This document shows positions 60,071-64,000 of a DNA stretch of 64,000 bases, piece after piece (within the stretch, counting starts at the first letter, position 1; each line of letters begins with the position of its first letter). The stretch is from Bugula neritina (lineage: Eukaryota; Animalia; Bryozoa): positions 9,456,741-9,520,740 of the forward strand of contig OZ037768.1 of assembly GCA_964035545.1 (NCBI GenBank), read 5' to 3'. Below the pieces are notes generated by a model that was not told where the DNA came from, made no database searches, and saw nothing but the letters and a program-made list of their open reading frames with translations. The translations under genes were made by a program, and so were the position numbers.

Positions 60071-61642
60071 AAGTTTTTACTGTTGAGTATCATTTAAATT
60101 ATATAATTTTATTGACACATCAGTAATCATTATTTGGCCTGTAAGCGATCATGAGATAATGGATGTGCAGCTATGATATCATATTTAATGTAAAAAATAT
60201 TCTATTTATTCATTTTAGGTTTCAAAGTCTTATGCCACAAGATGGCTCAACAGTAATGCGCTTATCTTTAATTCTTTTTATAACTATGCAATATATTATC
60301 TATTACATCACATGATAGTACATTTGTTTTAGGTTACTTTTTATTGCAAGGTAACAGTTTTTTTTAATTTTGTCTTCTTATCTTGTTTGACATTGGCGCA
60401 AATATCTCTCAACACACTTTGAAGACATGTGCATGAATATAACATTTTATAAACATAATAATTTCTTATTGAACATGTAAACTCAAATTGTTGTTTTTAC
60501 CATATTAGAACTTTTGCTGCAATTACAGCAATTTTCTAATTATAAACTGAAATCAACCGGAATACTTTTTATTAAAGCCACTTAAAGGTCCAGGAAAATT
60601 GGTTTATAATATTGCAAACCCATATACTGATGCTATTCAATCGGCTGTAAGTTGCATGTTTTATATATAATATTAGTTTGATTACAATATTATATGTCAA
60701 TATTTAGTGCTATTAAACTATTGTAAGTTAAAATCTATTCCGATCATATAAAAGCTAAAGCAGAACCTTTACCGATCATTTTTTTTTAATTTTCTAGTCC
60801 TAATTCTATTCTTGATGTAAGTTTGAGTAATTCCAGCATTTATCAGCAGTAGTTCTAGCATTAGTTTATAATTGTGAACTTTTATTACTAATCTTTTCTA
60901 GCTCTTCCTGGATGTAATAATGATACAATTTGTTACTTATTTAAAAACTTTTTAGCTGTTTATACTTTTTTAAATTTATAATGTAATGTTTGTATTGAGA
61001 GCTATAATATGTTTATCAATAAATTCGTAATTATAAGATCTAAAACCTCTACTATTTTTTTAGATTTTAGAGTTTAAATGATTATTTAGGACTGCAGTGA
61101 ATGCAGTGCCCTAAGACTTCACATTGCACAGCCAGATATAATACTTATTTAATATGCAATGAAACCGTTATACCTATGAAATTTAGAACTATTATCAATA
61201 CAGATATTTTTTGAAACTTTTGTTTCCTTCAAATTAGTGGCATGTTACAATATAGAATTCATACTTCACTTTATTAGACTAGAATTGCAAAATAAAAGGT
61301 AGTTTGGGGGAACTTGGGGAAATCTTGTATTATAAATGAAAATGTGGCAAAAGAAGTTGCGGTTTATTTTTCAAGAATGTCTCCCTTTTCCTAAAACAAA
61401 ATTCCTATAGAGTTACAGAATTTTGGCTATTGATATTGTTTCACTACTACACCTAAATATAGAATAAATGATCTAATAGTTAGTAATTTGACTGTTACAA
61501 TGAGTAATACATTATACGTGAAAAACAATGCCACATAGGTGGAGAGGATGTTGAAGGAAAGTATCGCAGAACGACAATTCCAATTTTTATTTCATAATCT
61601 AGAAATATTAAACACAGCAAATTATTTTCATCAATCCAACCA

Positions 61643-63177
61643 TTAGGCTGAAGAGCTGTCTGCTGCACTGTTGGTCGAGTGGTCATCTGGTTTCACCAAA
61701 CCGATTCCATGTAGGAACTCAAATGTCCCTACATGCTTGTTGAGGTGGTCATTATCTAGAAGTATTAGGTCAAGGTATTTGAAACAGTGTAAATTATAGC
61801 CTGTATAATTTTCAATGCAACTTGAAGTTAGAGAGATAAAAATAATATAATAAAGTTGATTATTCTTAGTCTGATAATTTTAGCTTTTAAAATAACGTTG
61901 CTACTTATTTTTAAATCTTGAGAAATTTTAAATATGATTTTAAAAGTTTAGTACTTACGAATGCAGTTTCCATTAACCAAATGAAACTGAGCACAGCAGA
62001 CGACATGTTGTGCTGGACAGTCTTGAAACAAGGGGTTTATCAGGTACCTATGGCTATATTTTACCTCCTGGCTGAAAATAGTTATTTACAAACATATTAT
62101 TTGTAGAAATAGAATGTAAGAGTATTATTAATAATAAGCTCAGTTTAATATCTATATAGCATTTTGTATATAATATAAAGTTGTGTAAATTTTCATGCTT
62201 ATTATAGTGACTTTTGTGAAATATTTCTAATATACCGAGAAGAAAATGTAAAGTTACTATAAGCGAAACCAACATATTATTTACTATGAGTTATGCAAAT
62301 TTGAAATTCTTTATTTATATCTGCATGCCTTATTAATATTCTAGACATGGTTATGTAAAAAGTCGGTGTACTAGATAAAATTTGTTTTGCATTTTTTAAC
62401 ATTATAGAACACTAACCTATTGTAAATATGCATAATCACTATTAAATTAGTAGTAAATAGCATGAAATAATATTTACTGGTATCTGGCAGTGGTGTGTTT
62501 ACATTTACCCAAGCCCCACAGGCCGCATCCCTGGTACCCAGTAGTCACAGAAATGGAAACTTTTTCATATTTTATCTCCATTCGTGACTTCAGAATTGGT
62601 TGAGGCTCGGAGTTGTCTACCTTACAGCAGAAATGCTGGCGATTTGTTCTGTAAAATTGCTTTCAATGATAAAACACAACCTGAATAGTGGCAAAAATAC
62701 TTCCAGAATAACAACATGATTAAAGGGTACTGTGTAAAACAATTGTGAGTTTATTGTGTCACATGTTATTTTTAGTTGTAATTGTGAGGTCAGAATACTA
62801 GCTTACGATTGAAGTTGCCTCTTTGATTGAACTAATTCCTTCAATTCTGGTTCAAGATAGTCAATGAACACCTCAACTGGAGTGCTGTTCATCACAGCAG
62901 CGATTTTGGCAGGTGTCCATTCTACAGCTACAGTTAGTCCAACGACTACTAACAGCAGAAGACACTAAAAATAGTTATAACAGATCATAAATAAACAGCG
63001 ATAAAGAGCACATTATGAAATAAACATGGACAATTTGATATATATGTTAAAACCAGTAATAAGTAATTGAATATAGAATTATACAAATAGACAAAATATA
63101 GGCTTAAAAATGCTTTTGTAGATTTATTTTCTGTTTTGCAGTAGAACCAAAAGAACAGCAACAAAGTATACCTTCAT
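61643..63177 (-). CDS. Secreted Cys-rich EMI-domain-like preproprotein, paralogue A (~186-201 aa); exons 63177-63172, 62964-62807, 62648-62478, 62071-61959, 61755(or 61800)-61643
   Basis: MK|CLLLLVVVGLTVA signal peptide; pro-region ending QSKR; HFCC...GYQGCGLWGLGKC...DCPAQHVVCCAQFHLVNGNC. Exon 3 is 171 nt, as in paralogue B, and the phases of the last three introns are the same. The last-exon acceptor is ambiguous (two in-frame AGs). Confidence 0.82.
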
Positions 63178-64000
63178 GTTGAGAATCGTTGTTTCCTGTC
63201 TTATACAAACCTGACTTTGTCACCTGCCTGTGAGTGTGGTACTAGAGATATTACAGAGCCAAAATGGCTGCACATATTAGCTAACATCTGGTAAATCACA
63301 CGAATTATTATCTTTGGCATAAATTGCTTTTAAATAACCTAGTTGATGACTTAAGCGAGATGCTCTAATGATTAGCTATATTGCAGCTGTAAACTATTGC
63401 TGCAACTATTGTTCCATGACAGTCGACTTTTACCTTGCTCAAGTAAAAATAATGAACATTGAATGTTTGCATGTAACATTAGGTAATATAGTTGTCTAAT
63501 TACCTTTAGATATTTGTTGCAGTCTTTGTATTGTATATATTCTGGTGGTAATAAATCCAAGGATCAACAGGGAAAGGATGGCTGGCCAGATGGTGTGGAA
63601 TGTAGATTATCATCAGTAATAAAAAGGATTCAGAATTAACGATATAATAGCCTATATATAAGCCTATTTTATTTATTAGATTAACACATTGATCCTACAG
63701 TAACAAATATAAGCACGTAATATTATCACAATTGGTTATATTATAATGCCAGAATTGCAGTTTTGGAAAACAAATTCAATGGAAAAGAGAACCAGTTTGA
63801 TAAAATTTTGCTACTGCAACAATCCAATGTAAAGTTTAAATGATTTATAGCATGTGCCATTTATAATAGCCTGATCTTCTGATGCAGAATTACATTTAGA
63901 GACTTGGTAAGCTAAGGAGATATTGACTATAATTTTTTTTATTCACTAAAAACATGCAGCAAGCTGTAAAACCTATATAGAGTAATGAAGTTTCAATACC

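Noticed and set aside
63372-63612. ORF or hydrophobic stretch as the first coding exon of EMI-like gene A
   Set aside because: The hydrophobic frame has no ATG. ATG-AAG at 63177-63172 spliced to 62964 already gives a complete signal peptide, so this region is UTR, intron or promoter.

Overview
AT-rich, intron-rich eukaryotic (invertebrate metazoan, probably lophotrochozoan; inferred) genomic DNA. I assembled ten spliced protein-coding genes by hand from splice sites and reading-frame phase. In order: Nkx6 homeobox (+, 5' end outside window), PET100 (-, four small exons missed by the ORF track), CDC7 kinase (+), 14-3-3 epsilon (-), a MET/RON-type receptor tyrosine kinase (-), NELFCD/TH1L (+), an uncharacterised signal-peptide/GPI-type protein with a GC-AG intron (+), cathepsin D (+), and two tandem paralogues encoding secreted Cys-rich EMI-like preproproteins (-). 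Mobile DNA: a tRNA-derived SINE, a TIR element with an 8-bp TSD, a second MITE-like element, a 5'-truncated CR1/L2-type LINE and a small palindrome. Main unusual observations: (1) cathepsin D has two intact, equally long, tandemly duplicated last exons; both lack the polyproline loop, and the second begins with a perfect splice donor. (2) Long cryptic A-N-W-N-T-N hexamer arrays sit at the 5' end of the first introns of several genes. (3) An unannotated pair of KR-processed EMI-like secreted proteins. (4) The MET-like kinase has Cys at the Y1230-equivalent position and has lost both cysteines of one PSI disulfide.
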